Origin: Spirochaetota bacterium
GTDB lineage: Bacteria > Spirochaetota > UBA4802 > JAFGDQ01
Reading direction: 5' to 3'
Length of the DNA stretch: 46,524 nucleotides
Assembly (NCBI GenBank): GCA_043803405.1
Contig: JAZDKB010000030.1
Span: forward strand, 1-46,524
Shown here: piece after piece, positions 1 through 9,016 of the stretch
Position numbering within the stretch: position 1 is the stretch's first letter
How the letters are laid out: each line of letters opens with the position of its first letter
Position numbers and translations under genes: made by a program
The notes under the pieces: generated by a model
What the model saw: only the letters and a program-made list of their open reading frames with translations
What the model was told of the DNA's origin: nothing
The model's database searches: none

Positions 1-140
1 GTATCTGGCAATAACAAATATATCCAGAAAATGGACAAGGCCTATTGTCGAATGGGGGCTTGCATTGAATCAGTTTGCTATACATTTTGGAGATAGAGTG
101 AATATCTAATATCTGTTTACACAAAAAATATTACACTCTC
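1..140 (+). mobile_element. Right end of IS256-family insertion sequence (transposase C-terminus 2..109, terminal IR ~116..140)
   Basis: Frame starting at 2 reads YLAITNISRKWTRPIVEWGLALNQFAIHFGDRVNI* (stop 107-109), typical of an IS256 transposase C-terminus; followed by TTTACACAAAAAATATTACACTCTC, resembling IS256 right ends. Absent from the ORF track. Confidence 0.85.
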
Positions 141-340
141 AGAAAATGCCATTTTTTAAAGTTTAAACGTAAAAAAACAGCAATATTCGGCTGTTTTACA
201 TAAGGGCGATCACAAAGACCGGCCTTTTCTGAATTTTGATAAATAGAAAGGCCGGTTTTATCAATACTTTCGCCCAATGGCAGCACAAAAACGATAGTTT
301 TTGTGACAGGCCAAAAATTCTATTAAAGGAGGCAAATATT

Positions 341-718
341 ATGCCGGATTTTAATGTCGAGTATCACAATAATCTGGTGGATACTCTGGAAAAAATAGCA
401 GATGGCGCAAAATTGCATAGCGCGGAGCCCGAATATCCGCCCGAAGTTACTGAGGTGAAACTCAGAAAAATGAAGGATGATATTGAGCTTGCTCGGCTCA
501 ATTATGATCAGACCATCAGCAAAGCAGGGCAGCTGTTTGCTGCTTATGATACGTTAATGGACAGCATTGAGAGTGACCTCGCGCGTTTCAGAACAAGCAT
601 TTACGGGCATTTTGGAAAGACGAACAAGGTTGTAGCGGATTTCGGGCTTAAGCCTTACAAAGATATGAAAGGCGTAAGCAAACCTAAGAAGAAGAAGGAT
701 GATACAGCCAAGAGTTAG
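341..718 (+). CDS. Hypothetical helical protein (125 aa) with Lys-rich tail
   Basis: AAGGAGG SD upstream of ATG 341 (preferred over track start 236); terminator follows. Confidence 0.75.
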   Translation: MPDFNVEYHNNLVDTLEKIADGAKLHSAEPEYPPEVTEVKLRKMKDDIELARLNYDQTISKAGQLFAAYDTLMDSIESDLARFRTSIYGHFGKTNKVVADFGLKPYKDMKGVSKPKKKKDDTAKS

Positions 719-730
719 AGAGCGCGAAAT

Positions 731-762
731 AAAAAGCCGCGGTAGTTTTCCCGCGGCTTTTT
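731..762. terminator. Bidirectional intrinsic terminator
   Basis: AAAAAGCCGCGG-N8-CCGCGGCTTTTT between convergent genes. Confidence 0.85.
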
Positions 763-817
763 GCTGTTTGTAAAATAAATCTCATTTTATATAATTTTAT
801 ATAAAGATTAGCTATCG

Positions 818-2185
818 TTATAATACTATTAAATGGATACCATCTTCGGAACCTTGATAGATGTCTTTCACTAATACTGTACCAGCTTCTGTGCCGTCAG
901 TTTTCCAGAGTTCTCTACCGTTTGTACCGTCATCGGCTGCAAAATAAAGTATGCCATTAATAATGGCAAATATTTGAAACGAGCTGCTTCCCGTATCATT
1001 AATGTCTTTCACTAATACTGTACCAGCTTCTGTGCCGTCTGTTTTCCAGAGTTCTCCACCATTTGTACCGTCATCAGCTTCAAAGTAAAGAATGCCATTA
1101 TACACTGTGAATCTATAAGGAATACTGTCTCCTGTGGGATTGATGTCTTTCACTATTACAGTACCTGGTTCTGTGCCATCGGTCTTCCAAAGCTCATTTC
1201 CGTTTGTACTGTCATTGGCCTGGAAGTAAAGAGCACCGTTGAATACGCAGAAATTAAAGGGAGAACTGCCTCCGGCAGTATTGATGTTTTTCACCATTAC
1301 AGTGCCTGCATCAGTGCCGTCTGTTTTCCATAACTCAATTCCGTTTGTGTCGTCATTAGCAGAAAAGTAAAGAATGCCGTTATATACTGTGAATCCATTT
1401 GGAGAACTGCTTCCTGAACCATAAATATTTTTTACCATTTTTGTGTTGTCAGCAGTACCATCTGTCTTCCATAACTCTCTACCGTTTGTGCCGTCATCGG
1501 CAGTAAAGTAAAGAATGCCGTTATATACTGTGAATCCAGTTGGAAAACTACTTCCTGAACCAATGCTGTTTATATCTATCACCATTACAGTACCTGGTTC
1601 AGTGCCGTCTGTCTTCCATAGTTCCCTGCCGTTTGTGCCGTCATCGGCAGAAAAGTAAAGGATGCCATTATATACTGTGAATCCACTTGGAGAACTGTCG
1701 ATTGAACCATTAATGTTCTTTACTATTACAGTGCCGTTAGCAGTACCATCAGTCTTCCAAAGCTCTCTACCGTTAATGCCGTCGTTGGCAGAAAAGTAAA
1801 GGATGCCATTATATACTGTAAATCCACTTGGAGAACTGTCGCCTGTTCCATTGATATTTTTCACCATTATTGTGCCGGACTCAGTTCCGTCGGTTTTCCA
1901 TAACTCTATTCCATTTATGCCGTCATCAGCAGTAAAATAACACGCGCCGTTAAAGAAAGTAAATCCGGTAGCATCACTATTTTTTGTTCCGGTGTCATTG
2001 ATGTTTTTTACCATTACAGTGCCGGTACTTGTGCCGTCGCTCTTCCAAAGCTCTCTGCCGTTTATGCCGTCATTGCCAATAAAATAAAAAACATCACTTG
2101 AGCCAGAAGAGCTGCTGTCGTTTCCGCCGCAGGCAATAGCCAGACATGTGCAAATAAAGAATATAATAATAAATATTTTTTTCAT
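818..2185 (-). CDS. ELWxxDGT-repeat lipoprotein (beta-propeller-like)
   Basis: Signal peptide with lipobox (LAIAC), Ser-rich tether, nine ELWK(S/T)DGT repeats of ~48-50 aa. Confidence 0.9.
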   Translation of the reverse strand: MKKIFIIIFFICTCLAIACGGNDSSSSGSSDVFYFIGNDGINGRELWKSDGTSTGTVMVKNINDTGTKNSDATGFTFFNGACYFTADDGINGIELWKTDGTESGTIMVKNINGTGDSSPSGFTVYNGILYFSANDGINGRELWKTDGTANGTVIVKNINGSIDSSPSGFTVYNGILYFSADDGTNGRELWKTDGTEPGTVMVIDINSIGSGSSFPTGFTVYNGILYFTADDGTNGRELWKTDGTADNTKMVKNIYGSGSSSPNGFTVYNGILYFSANDDTNGIELWKTDGTDAGTVMVKNINTAGGSSPFNFCVFNGALYFQANDSTNGNELWKTDGTEPGTVIVKDINPTGDSIPYRFTVYNGILYFEADDGTNGGELWKTDGTEAGTVLVKDINDTGSSSFQIFAIINGILYFAADDGTNGRELWKTDGTEAGTVLVKDIYQGSEDGIHLIVL

Positions 2186-2376
2186 ATGTAACTCCTGTAA
2201 CAGAATATGTGAAGTAATAAATTAACAATCGTGCTTTATGATAATCCGGTATTGGTAAATTATAATTCCGTGATATAATAATGATTATTTGGGTAATAGT
2301 AAATATTTTGTCAATAGCAATGTTTATTTTCTAAGGAGAGAATCACAGGATGTTTATAAGCAAATAAATAATAAAT

Positions 2377-2406
2377 AAAGCCGCGGACTTATCCCCGCGG
2401 CTTTTT
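2377..2406. terminator. Intrinsic terminator, near-copy of 731..762
   Basis: AAAGCCGCGG-N8-CCGCGGCTTTTT downstream of the minus-strand lipoprotein gene. Confidence 0.8.
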
Positions 2407-2459
2407 GTTGTTTATAAATCGATAGCGCACCGGCTTGTAAATATTAAAAAGTATAATAT

Positions 2460-3158
2460 TTATTTCTTTTCTTCTTTTGCTTCTTTCGCGGTTTTCATCT
2501 CATCGAATAAATCCTTAACATGAGATTCAATAACAGACTCTTTGCGCGGATCATCGGTTAAGCCGAATATGGATGATGTTGAATTAAAAACATATTTATT
2601 AGCAACTTTATCGTAAATAACTGCTGAGAGAAATGAGTGGTCATTATAATCGGCAGCAACAGGAGTAAATAAAAAAAGAGCGATCTTACCTGTTTTATTT
2701 CTTGCTGACTGGCTTGATCCTGAATAATTAATGAATAAATTATAGCGTTTGTTCTGTTTAATTGCTTTTTGAATTGCCGGAGATTCTATAATACCTTTAC
2801 CCGGTGTACAGGATTTTTCTAAATTGCAGTCATAGATTAAAGAAATTACTGCTTTTTGATTATCTTCATTGACTGTGTCTTTAAAAATGCCGTTTGTTGA
2901 AACTGCCGCGTTAAACCCGTATTTGTTTTCTGTTAGTTTTTTCAGTATCATATCGCGCACTGCAGTTTCCTCTTCTTTTGTAATCGGCTCGGAGCTACCC
3001 CCATCAACAAGGTCTAGATTAACTCCGATAAACGCAGTGTCAAATTCCCGCGGAAAGCGATCGCCTGCGTAATCCTTGTTATACTTTATTGATGAGCAAC
3101 CAATACTTAGCGCAGCGCCTGTTAAAACAATAACAGCAAATATCTTTTTATAGTTCAT
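2460..3158 (-). CDS. Lipoprotein of unknown function (232 aa)
   Basis: AAGGAGG SD before ATG 3158; MNYKKIFAVIVLTGAALSIGC lipobox. Track start 3218 is a GTG inside the promoter motif. Confidence 0.8.
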   Translation of the reverse strand: MNYKKIFAVIVLTGAALSIGCSSIKYNKDYAGDRFPREFDTAFIGVNLDLVDGGSSEPITKEEETAVRDMILKKLTENKYGFNAAVSTNGIFKDTVNEDNQKAVISLIYDCNLEKSCTPGKGIIESPAIQKAIKQNKRYNLFINYSGSSQSARNKTGKIALFLFTPVAADYNDHSFLSAVIYDKVANKYVFNSTSSIFGLTDDPRKESVIESHVKDLFDEMKTAKEAKEEKK

Positions 3159-3189
3159 TATGAACCTCCTTATATTGTTTGTTTTGCAC

Positions 3190-3226
3190 ATAAGCAGCCG
3201 AAGGAGGCAAATCGTCACAAAAAAAA
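3190..3226 (-). promoter_or_regulatory. Putative ECF sigma promoter (TTTTTGTGAC-N18-GCTTAT)
   Basis: Same -35/-10 words and 18-bp spacing as the motif upstream of the ECF gene (9017..9052). Confidence 0.7.
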
Positions 3227-3431
3227 TTGAAAAATATTTTTTATTTTATTATGTTGTTTAAAACAATAACGATTTTTGAGAAAGCTTCCAGGTTTATTAT
3301 TATTGACATTAAGGAAGTTTCATTTTATTAATTATTTTTTAGTGAACAATTGCCTTTCCCCTGCAGGAGGCGGGGAAAACCGTGTGATTTTTTCACCTAA
3401 GCATGAATTATTCACCAATAACTAGTTAATT

Positions 3432-3818
3432 ATGAATGATAAAATAGAATATTGGATAGAGATGTCGGAGTATGATTTTGATTCAGCTAAAGCTTTGCTG
3501 AAAACTAAACGCTTTTTGCATGCAGGTTTTATGTGCCATCAAACAATTGAAAAAATACTGAAAGCATACTGGCAATATAAAAAAGATGACATGCCTCCTA
3601 AAACGCATAACCTCTCTTATCTTGCTTCAAAAACAGGATTGTTCGATGAATTATCGTATGATCAGCTTTCTTTGCTTGATGAGTTGGATCCTTTAAATAT
3701 AGAAGCCAGATACCCTGAGCATAAAGATTTATTATTTAAAAAGATGAATAAAAATTACACGAAAAATATTGTTAAAAAAACACAGGAATTATATACATGG
3801 ATAAAGATGAAACTATAG
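3432..3818 (+). CDS. HEPN domain protein
   Basis: FMCHQTIEKILKA, PKTHNL and EARYP motifs of HEPN proteins paired with MNT; overlaps the next gene by 22 bp. Confidence 0.88.
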   Translation: MNDKIEYWIEMSEYDFDSAKALLKTKRFLHAGFMCHQTIEKILKAYWQYKKDDMPPKTHNLSYLASKTGLFDELSYDQLSLLDELDPLNIEARYPEHKDLLFKKMNKNYTKNIVKKTQELYTWIKMKL

Positions 3819-4099
3819 AATTAATAAATATATATATTAATAGAATAAAAGAATTTATTGATATTAAAAATGTTTATTTATTCGGTTCTTTTGCAAATGA
3901 AACCCAGAGAACCGATAGCGATATTGATATTGGAATATTCGCGGATAGTATTGATGAAGACTATTTTGATACGTTAAAAAAACTGTATGAGATAAGAAGA
4001 TCTGTGGATGTCAGGATTGAACCGCATCTCTTCATTTCAGGGCATGATAGATCCGGTTTTTCAACTGAGGTGGAGAAAACAGGAATAAAAATACAGTAA
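3797..4099 (+). CDS. Minimal nucleotidyltransferase (MNT), HEPN/MNT toxin-antitoxin-like partner
   Basis: LFGSFANETQRTDSDIDI fits the GS-x10-DxD motif. Confidence 0.9.
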   Translation: MDKDETIELINIYINRIKEFIDIKNVYLFGSFANETQRTDSDIDIGIFADSIDEDYFDTLKKLYEIRRSVDVRIEPHLFISGHDRSGFSTEVEKTGIKIQ

Positions 4100-4129
4100 A
4101 CCGGAAAACTCCTTTTCTTTTTTCTGCAC

Positions 4130-4166
4130 ATAAACCTTCGGAAGAAGCCAAATTGTCACAAAAAAA
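4130..4166 (-). promoter_or_regulatory. Orphan copy of the putative ECF promoter (TTTTTGTGAC-N19-GTTTAT)
   Basis: Imperfect ~55-bp direct repeat of 3185..3237; followed on the minus strand by AAGGAG but no start codon. Confidence 0.55.
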
Positions 4167-4179
4167 TTTGGAAAATATG

Positions 4180-5457
4180 TCAATTTGTTTTACCGATACG
4201 CAGGCCTGTGTCAATAAAAGCGTCCGGTGGTGTTGGTGGCGTACTGCTCCATGGTATATGACTCCATTTGTGCCCAACCTGAAGGTTGCCTGCAGCGCCA
4301 TTATACCCTCCGCCTTTTATTACACGCTGACTGCCGCTTAAATCAAAGCACCATTCCCAGACATTACCGCTCATATCAAAAAGGCCTAAGTGATTGGATG
4401 CAGACGTTGCTGCTGCTTCGTGTGTACTGCCGCCGGAATTTAAGATATACCATGCGTAATTACCGAAGATAGTCGAAACGCCGCTGTCGTTTGGTTCACA
4501 ATAACTACTCGTGTCTCCGCTTGCGTGATTGCCCGGATAATATTCGCCGGCGTCCATTATATCGCCGTCATTGTTGCCGTCGTTTATATATCGTGCGGCA
4601 AGTTCCCATTCGTTTTCAGTAAGAAGACGAAATCCGTTCGCAGTTGAACTTTGCACTGCGCCGTCGCACATATTATAAAATGTTGAATCGCGGATAATTA
4701 AACCTGTATACGTATATACACAATCAAGGTTTGTTGGGTTCTGAGCATTGTACCATTCGGTGGCAGCATTGCACCACACAATTGCGTCACACCAGTTCAT
4801 GCATGTTACAGGATGCAGGTCGGTTTTACCTGCAGGAACATCAGGATTTCCTTCTTCGCCGGCATAATTAAAATAATACAGTTCACCGCCGTCTGCTCTT
4901 TTGCCTCCGCCGGCATCTGTTGTTGCCCAGCTGTATACTGTGCACCAGAGTTTATACGTTACTTCGGTATCGCATATCCAGAATGATTTAACAATTGAGG
5001 CACTGCTGCTGTCGTTAACATTTATATAAAAGCTTTTTGCAGGTACATAAACCATGTTGAAGTTTACACCGCCAGCTGTATAGATCACACTCTCTCCTGC
5101 TAATCGCTCAGTTATAACCGTACAGTCGGCTTTGAATCCGCCGTCATTTGTTGTAACTGTAATTGTCACAGTGCCAGGATTGCCCGCAGTCACAAGCCCG
5201 GATTGCGTTACTGTCGCTTTACTTAAATCGCCGGTTGTCCATGTTACATTTTTATTTGTAGCATACGTGGGAGTTATTGTTGCAGTAAGCTGTTCAGAGC
5301 TGTTTCTTAAGATCGAAGTGTTCGATTTGTTTAAAAAAACGCCTGTTACCGGAATAGAAGTAAGTGAATCATTAAGTCCGTCGTTAAAAAGGTTCCCGTT
5401 GCAGGAAAGATGAGATGCTAAAATTATTAATAAAATGGAGTTAATATGTTTATTCAT
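4180..5457 (-). CDS. Lipoprotein with Ig-like (Big_2) and FGE-sulfatase/CLec-fold domain
   Basis: Lipobox LSC; PVTGV..LTATITPTYATNKNVTW Big_2; TEVT, HPV, FRLLTENEWELAAR, GLFDMSGNVWEWC and GLRI motifs of FGE-like domains. Confidence 0.88.
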   Translation of the reverse strand: MNKHINSILLIILASHLSCNGNLFNDGLNDSLTSIPVTGVFLNKSNTSILRNSSEQLTATITPTYATNKNVTWTTGDLSKATVTQSGLVTAGNPGTVTITVTTNDGGFKADCTVITERLAGESVIYTAGGVNFNMVYVPAKSFYINVNDSSSASIVKSFWICDTEVTYKLWCTVYSWATTDAGGGKRADGGELYYFNYAGEEGNPDVPAGKTDLHPVTCMNWCDAIVWCNAATEWYNAQNPTNLDCVYTYTGLIIRDSTFYNMCDGAVQSSTANGFRLLTENEWELAARYINDGNNDGDIMDAGEYYPGNHASGDTSSYCEPNDSGVSTIFGNYAWYILNSGGSTHEAAATSASNHLGLFDMSGNVWEWCFDLSGSQRVIKGGGYNGAAGNLQVGHKWSHIPWSSTPPTPPDAFIDTGLRIGKTN

Positions 5458-5472
5458 AAAATATTTATCTGT

Positions 5473-6630
5473 TTAATAAATATGTACTGGGAAATATCGG
5501 TCTGTTGTCTCTCCGTCGCCGATCTGCCCGTAATGGCTGTATCCCCATCCCCATAATGTACTATCGGTCTTTATTGCAAGTGAGTGAGCTAAATGTTGTC
5601 CTGTAGATATCGATTGCCAATTTACATCTGTGCCAATCTGTTTGGGTGTATGTTGATCTGTTGTGCTGCCGTCGCCCAACTGGCCTACTTCATTAAATCC
5701 CCATGCCCAGATTGTACCGTCATTCTTTAGCGCAACAGAGTAGTAATCTATACCCGCGGATACCGATTGCCAATTTACATCTGTACCAATCTGTTTTGGG
5801 GCATGCTGATCTATTATGGTTTCGTCGCCCAACTGGCCGTGATTATTATACCCCCATGCGTATAGCGTCCCATCTGTCTTTACAGCAAGAGTGTGATCTT
5901 GTCCAGCCGAAACTGATTGCCAATTTATATCTGTACCAATCTGTTTTGGGGCATGTTGATCAATTATGGTTTCGTCGCCCAACTGGCCGTAATTATTTAA
6001 ACCCCATGCCCAGAGTGATCCATCGGTCTTAATCGCAACAGTATGACAAGCGCCTACCGATATTGACTGCCAATCCGTACCAAATCCAATCTGTTTTGGG
6101 GCGTGTTGATCAATTATGGTTTCGTCGCCCAACTGGCCGTGATTATTATACCCCCATGCCCAGAGTGATCCATCGGTTTTAATTGCAACAGTATGACAGG
6201 CACCCGCAGATACTAATTTCCAATTTGTGTCAGTGCCAATCCTTTTAAGCGGCCGATCCGTTGTACTTCCATCGCCAAGCTGACCGTAGCCATTCCATCC
6301 CCATGCCCAGAGCGTGCCGTCTGTCTTTATTGCAATAGTATGCCAATGACCTGTAGCAATAATCTGCCAATTCTTTTCTGTCCCAATTCTTACAGGAGCA
6401 TGACGATCTGAATTATCTCCGGTTCCAGTCTGACCGTGATCATTTAAACCCCATCCCCAGAGTGAACCGTCTGTCTTTATTGCAATAGTATGCCAGCCAC
6501 CTGCTGATACTGTTTTGTAAGTAAAAATATAGCCTTGGGAATTTAATCCGTCATTAAAAAGGCTTCCTGTACAGCTTAATGTAACAAATAATGCTATAAC
6601 AACAAGGAAAAGAAAAATATTTTTACTCAT
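5473..6630 (-). CDS. RCC1/BLIP-II repeat lipoprotein (7-bladed propeller)
   Basis: Lipobox LSC; seven repeats of G..HT.AIKTDG(S/T)LWAWG.N..GQLGD; near-identical 150-bp DNA repeats at ~5791/5941/6091. Confidence 0.9.
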   Translation of the reverse strand: MSKNIFLFLVVIALFVTLSCTGSLFNDGLNSQGYIFTYKTVSAGGWHTIAIKTDGSLWGWGLNDHGQTGTGDNSDRHAPVRIGTEKNWQIIATGHWHTIAIKTDGTLWAWGWNGYGQLGDGSTTDRPLKRIGTDTNWKLVSAGACHTVAIKTDGSLWAWGYNNHGQLGDETIIDQHAPKQIGFGTDWQSISVGACHTVAIKTDGSLWAWGLNNYGQLGDETIIDQHAPKQIGTDINWQSVSAGQDHTLAVKTDGTLYAWGYNNHGQLGDETIIDQHAPKQIGTDVNWQSVSAGIDYYSVALKNDGTIWAWGFNEVGQLGDGSTTDQHTPKQIGTDVNWQSISTGQHLAHSLAIKTDSTLWGWGYSHYGQIGDGETTDRYFPVHIY

Positions 6631-6670
6631 ATAATAATTCTCATAAAAATTTCTAAACGATCGAGTTAAT

Positions 6671-7714
6671 TTATAACTTCGCTCCCACTCCCCCGCTCAC
6701 AATTACAAACCTCAGCGGTTTCTCCTCAAGGATAATGCAGTAACCGGCCGCGATCTGTATCGAAAGCGATTCATTCAGCATATAGCCGAAACCCACCACA
6801 GCTTTTACAATTGTTTCGATCTCGTTTTCTTTTTTAAACTTATAGGTCCCGGAAGAGGAGCCGTCTTTGTCCCAGTTCATGGTATTATAACTGATACCGG
6901 CGTTTATAGCTGGAAGCACATAAAATGCATGGGAAATATTGTAGCGATAACCTACATTAATAAAAACAGGGATCATTGAGCAATAATCAACGTTTTCTTT
7001 TTTGCCGGGGAAGTACCAGTAGCCTGTTTCAATGCCTATCATAGAATTTCGGATAAATAAGTCCTCAATGCCAAAATTTGCGGTTGCTCCATAGCCTGCT
7101 TCAACAAGATCCGCAAACCTGGCCTGCGGCAGCAGGTATGCTCCTGCTATTGCGAGGTTGAGCGGATAGGCAGATTTCGAAGAAGATGAGCCGTCTTTCT
7201 TTGCATCATCGCTCTTTGTTCCGGCATCGATTTTTTCGGTTTTATTCGTTATGTTTCCGGCCATTCTGCCTGCCAAAGCATTTACAGCATTCTGAATGCC
7301 GTCTTCAGTTTCTGCGGTTTCGGAATCAGCAAGCTCAACGCGACCGTGCTTCACGTTAACAAACTTCGCTGTGACAGTATATTTGCCTAATTTATTAAGG
7401 CTGCCGATAACCACCATGTCGGCGGATAATATTTTGCCTATCTGGACGGCACACGATGTATCCGTACAGCCGGACATCTGAAATCCCTGTTCTTTTAGTA
7501 TCATTTCCATTTTATTGCGCTCAAGAATAGAAAAACTGCCGCTCTTATATAAAGAAACTTCGAATAAATTCCTAACAGCTCTTGCATAAGTCTGCTGGGT
7601 ATTCTCCGGTGTAAAGTCGAGCAGGGCTATTTTTAACTTTTCTTCGGCCTTGAGGAAGTTAAAATCCCTGATAAATAACATTAAAAATATAAGAAAAAAT
7701 AACTTTTTTATCAA
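6671..7714 (-). CDS. Secreted protein: N-terminal CsgG/HfaB-like domain plus probable C-terminal outer-membrane beta-barrel
   Basis: TTG start with GGAGG SD; signal peptide; IALLDF...FSILERNKMEMILKEQGFQMSGCTDTSCAVQIGKILSAD CsgG-like signature; C-terminal half has alternating aromatic/Gly strands ending VSGGVGAKL. Confidence 0.75.
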   Translation of the reverse strand: MIKKLFFLIFLMLFIRDFNFLKAEEKLKIALLDFTPENTQQTYARAVRNLFEVSLYKSGSFSILERNKMEMILKEQGFQMSGCTDTSCAVQIGKILSADMVVIGSLNKLGKYTVTAKFVNVKHGRVELADSETAETEDGIQNAVNALAGRMAGNITNKTEKIDAGTKSDDAKKDGSSSSKSAYPLNLAIAGAYLLPQARFADLVEAGYGATANFGIEDLFIRNSMIGIETGYWYFPGKKENVDYCSMIPVFINVGYRYNISHAFYVLPAINAGISYNTMNWDKDGSSSGTYKFKKENEIETIVKAVVGFGYMLNESLSIQIAAGYCIILEEKPLRFVIVSGGVGAKL

Positions 7715-7757
7715 AAAAATCTTCCTCCGAGCATGATAATAATATAATTTTATTATA

Positions 7758-8504
7758 TTATTTAAATTCTTGAGCAGTTTTCTGCGCTATATTTGAGATG
7801 GCGCTATTAAAATTGTCAATATTTTTTAATTCTTCGGTAAAAACAAACAGAACAACTGAATTCTCAACATTAATTATTTTTACCGAAATTATATATGCGC
7901 TTCCCAGCTTTTCGACAGTCCCAGTGAGCAGTATGTTTATGTTTTTGGTTTGCTTCCCTTTGCTCAGGTTTATAATTTTATCCGCGCTTTTTAAGCCGGT
8001 AAGCTCCCCGGTAAATTTATCCGTCATGTTATTGAGCACAGTATCATCGACAGCTCCGCTGAATCTTTCAATACCTATCCTGTATTTTACATTACTGTTA
8101 ATTTCTTTTTTTGCAGGATATTTAATCGCAGGTTCTTGTTGTATCTGATCCGTTTTGTGGTAAGCGGGAATTACCGAATGTCTATTTGCTACAGACGCGT
8201 CTCTTTGCATAATGCCGGAAGCGAACATTGCAGCAGAATACAAAGCTCCGCCTGCGATTGCCGCGAGTGTAATGAGGACAATCTTGCTTTGCAATACCGA
8301 AAGGCTAATGCCGCGCCTTTTAGTGTAGAAATATATTCTAAGCGTAAGCCCGTAAAAGAAGCTGTAGTCGCCGAAAGATCTCAGGGTCGCCTCAAGCACT
8401 TTTTGCTTATTATAAAGCGCGAACCTTCGGGCTTCAGCACTAACCGGCTCCCTGAATTTTAATTTCACAAGGGCTTGCTCAAATATATTCAGATTATCGT
8501 TCAT
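7758..8504 (-). CDS. Putative anti-sigma factor: one TM helix and a C-terminal CsgG/FlgO-like periplasmic domain
   Basis: Overlaps the ECF stop (ATGA); TM IVLITLAAIAGGALYSAAMFA; C-terminal LLTGTVEKLGSAYIISVKIINVE resembles VIGSLNKLGKYTVTAKFVNVK in the next gene. Confidence 0.65.
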   Translation of the reverse strand: MNDNLNIFEQALVKLKFREPVSAEARRFALYNKQKVLEATLRSFGDYSFFYGLTLRIYFYTKRRGISLSVLQSKIVLITLAAIAGGALYSAAMFASGIMQRDASVANRHSVIPAYHKTDQIQQEPAIKYPAKKEINSNVKYRIGIERFSGAVDDTVLNNMTDKFTGELTGLKSADKIINLSKGKQTKNINILLTGTVEKLGSAYIISVKIINVENSVVLFVFTEELKNIDNFNSAISNIAQKTAQEFK

Positions 8505-9013
8505 AGGATATCCTCTAATCTGTCAATGCCGTTCTTTTTCAGATAATCTAATATTTTATCGACAATGCGTCTGTACTTGTATTCTACCTGGCGTTTGGTT
8601 AACCCGAGTTCTTGTCCCGCTTCAGTGTAGCTGTAAGTGTATACTGCTACCAGATCAAAGAGCGTTCTGTCAGTATCATCATCGAATACTTCGCCCTTTT
8701 CAATTGCATCGCTAATTATTACGCGGGCGTGCCTGAAGCCGTTCACAAAGGTTAAGCTGACGTCGTTAAAAATATCGTCAATGTTTACATTGTCCCTCCT
8801 CTTCTTGTAAAAATTCAGAACCGCGAAACGGAGCGCGCCGTAGAGCCATTTCCTGTGGTCAATGATCTCGCTGAATTTCTCATAGAAGCTTATAAAAACT
8901 TCCTGGGTAATATCGGTAGCGTCGTCTATATTCTCCACTTTTGTATGCACAGTGCTGAATACAAGCGGGTAGTATTTATTATAGACTTCCGTGAATTTAT
9001 CACGCTTATTCAT
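8501..9013 (-). CDS. ECF-type RNA polymerase sigma factor
   Basis: DATDITQEVF and WLYG region 2; YSYTEAGQELGLTKRQVEYK region 4 HTH; 170 aa. Confidence 0.9.
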   Translation of the reverse strand: MNKRDKFTEVYNKYYPLVFSTVHTKVENIDDATDITQEVFISFYEKFSEIIDHRKWLYGALRFAVLNFYKKRRDNVNIDDIFNDVSLTFVNGFRHARVIISDAIEKGEVFDDDTDRTLFDLVAVYTYSYTEAGQELGLTKRQVEYKYRRIVDKILDYLKKNGIDRLEDIL

Positions 9014-9016
9014 TAT

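Noticed and set aside
727..4178. Integron cassette array (attC sites)
   Set aside because: The repeats lack the RYYYAAC...GTTRRRY architecture, there is no integrase, and genes lie in mixed orientations.
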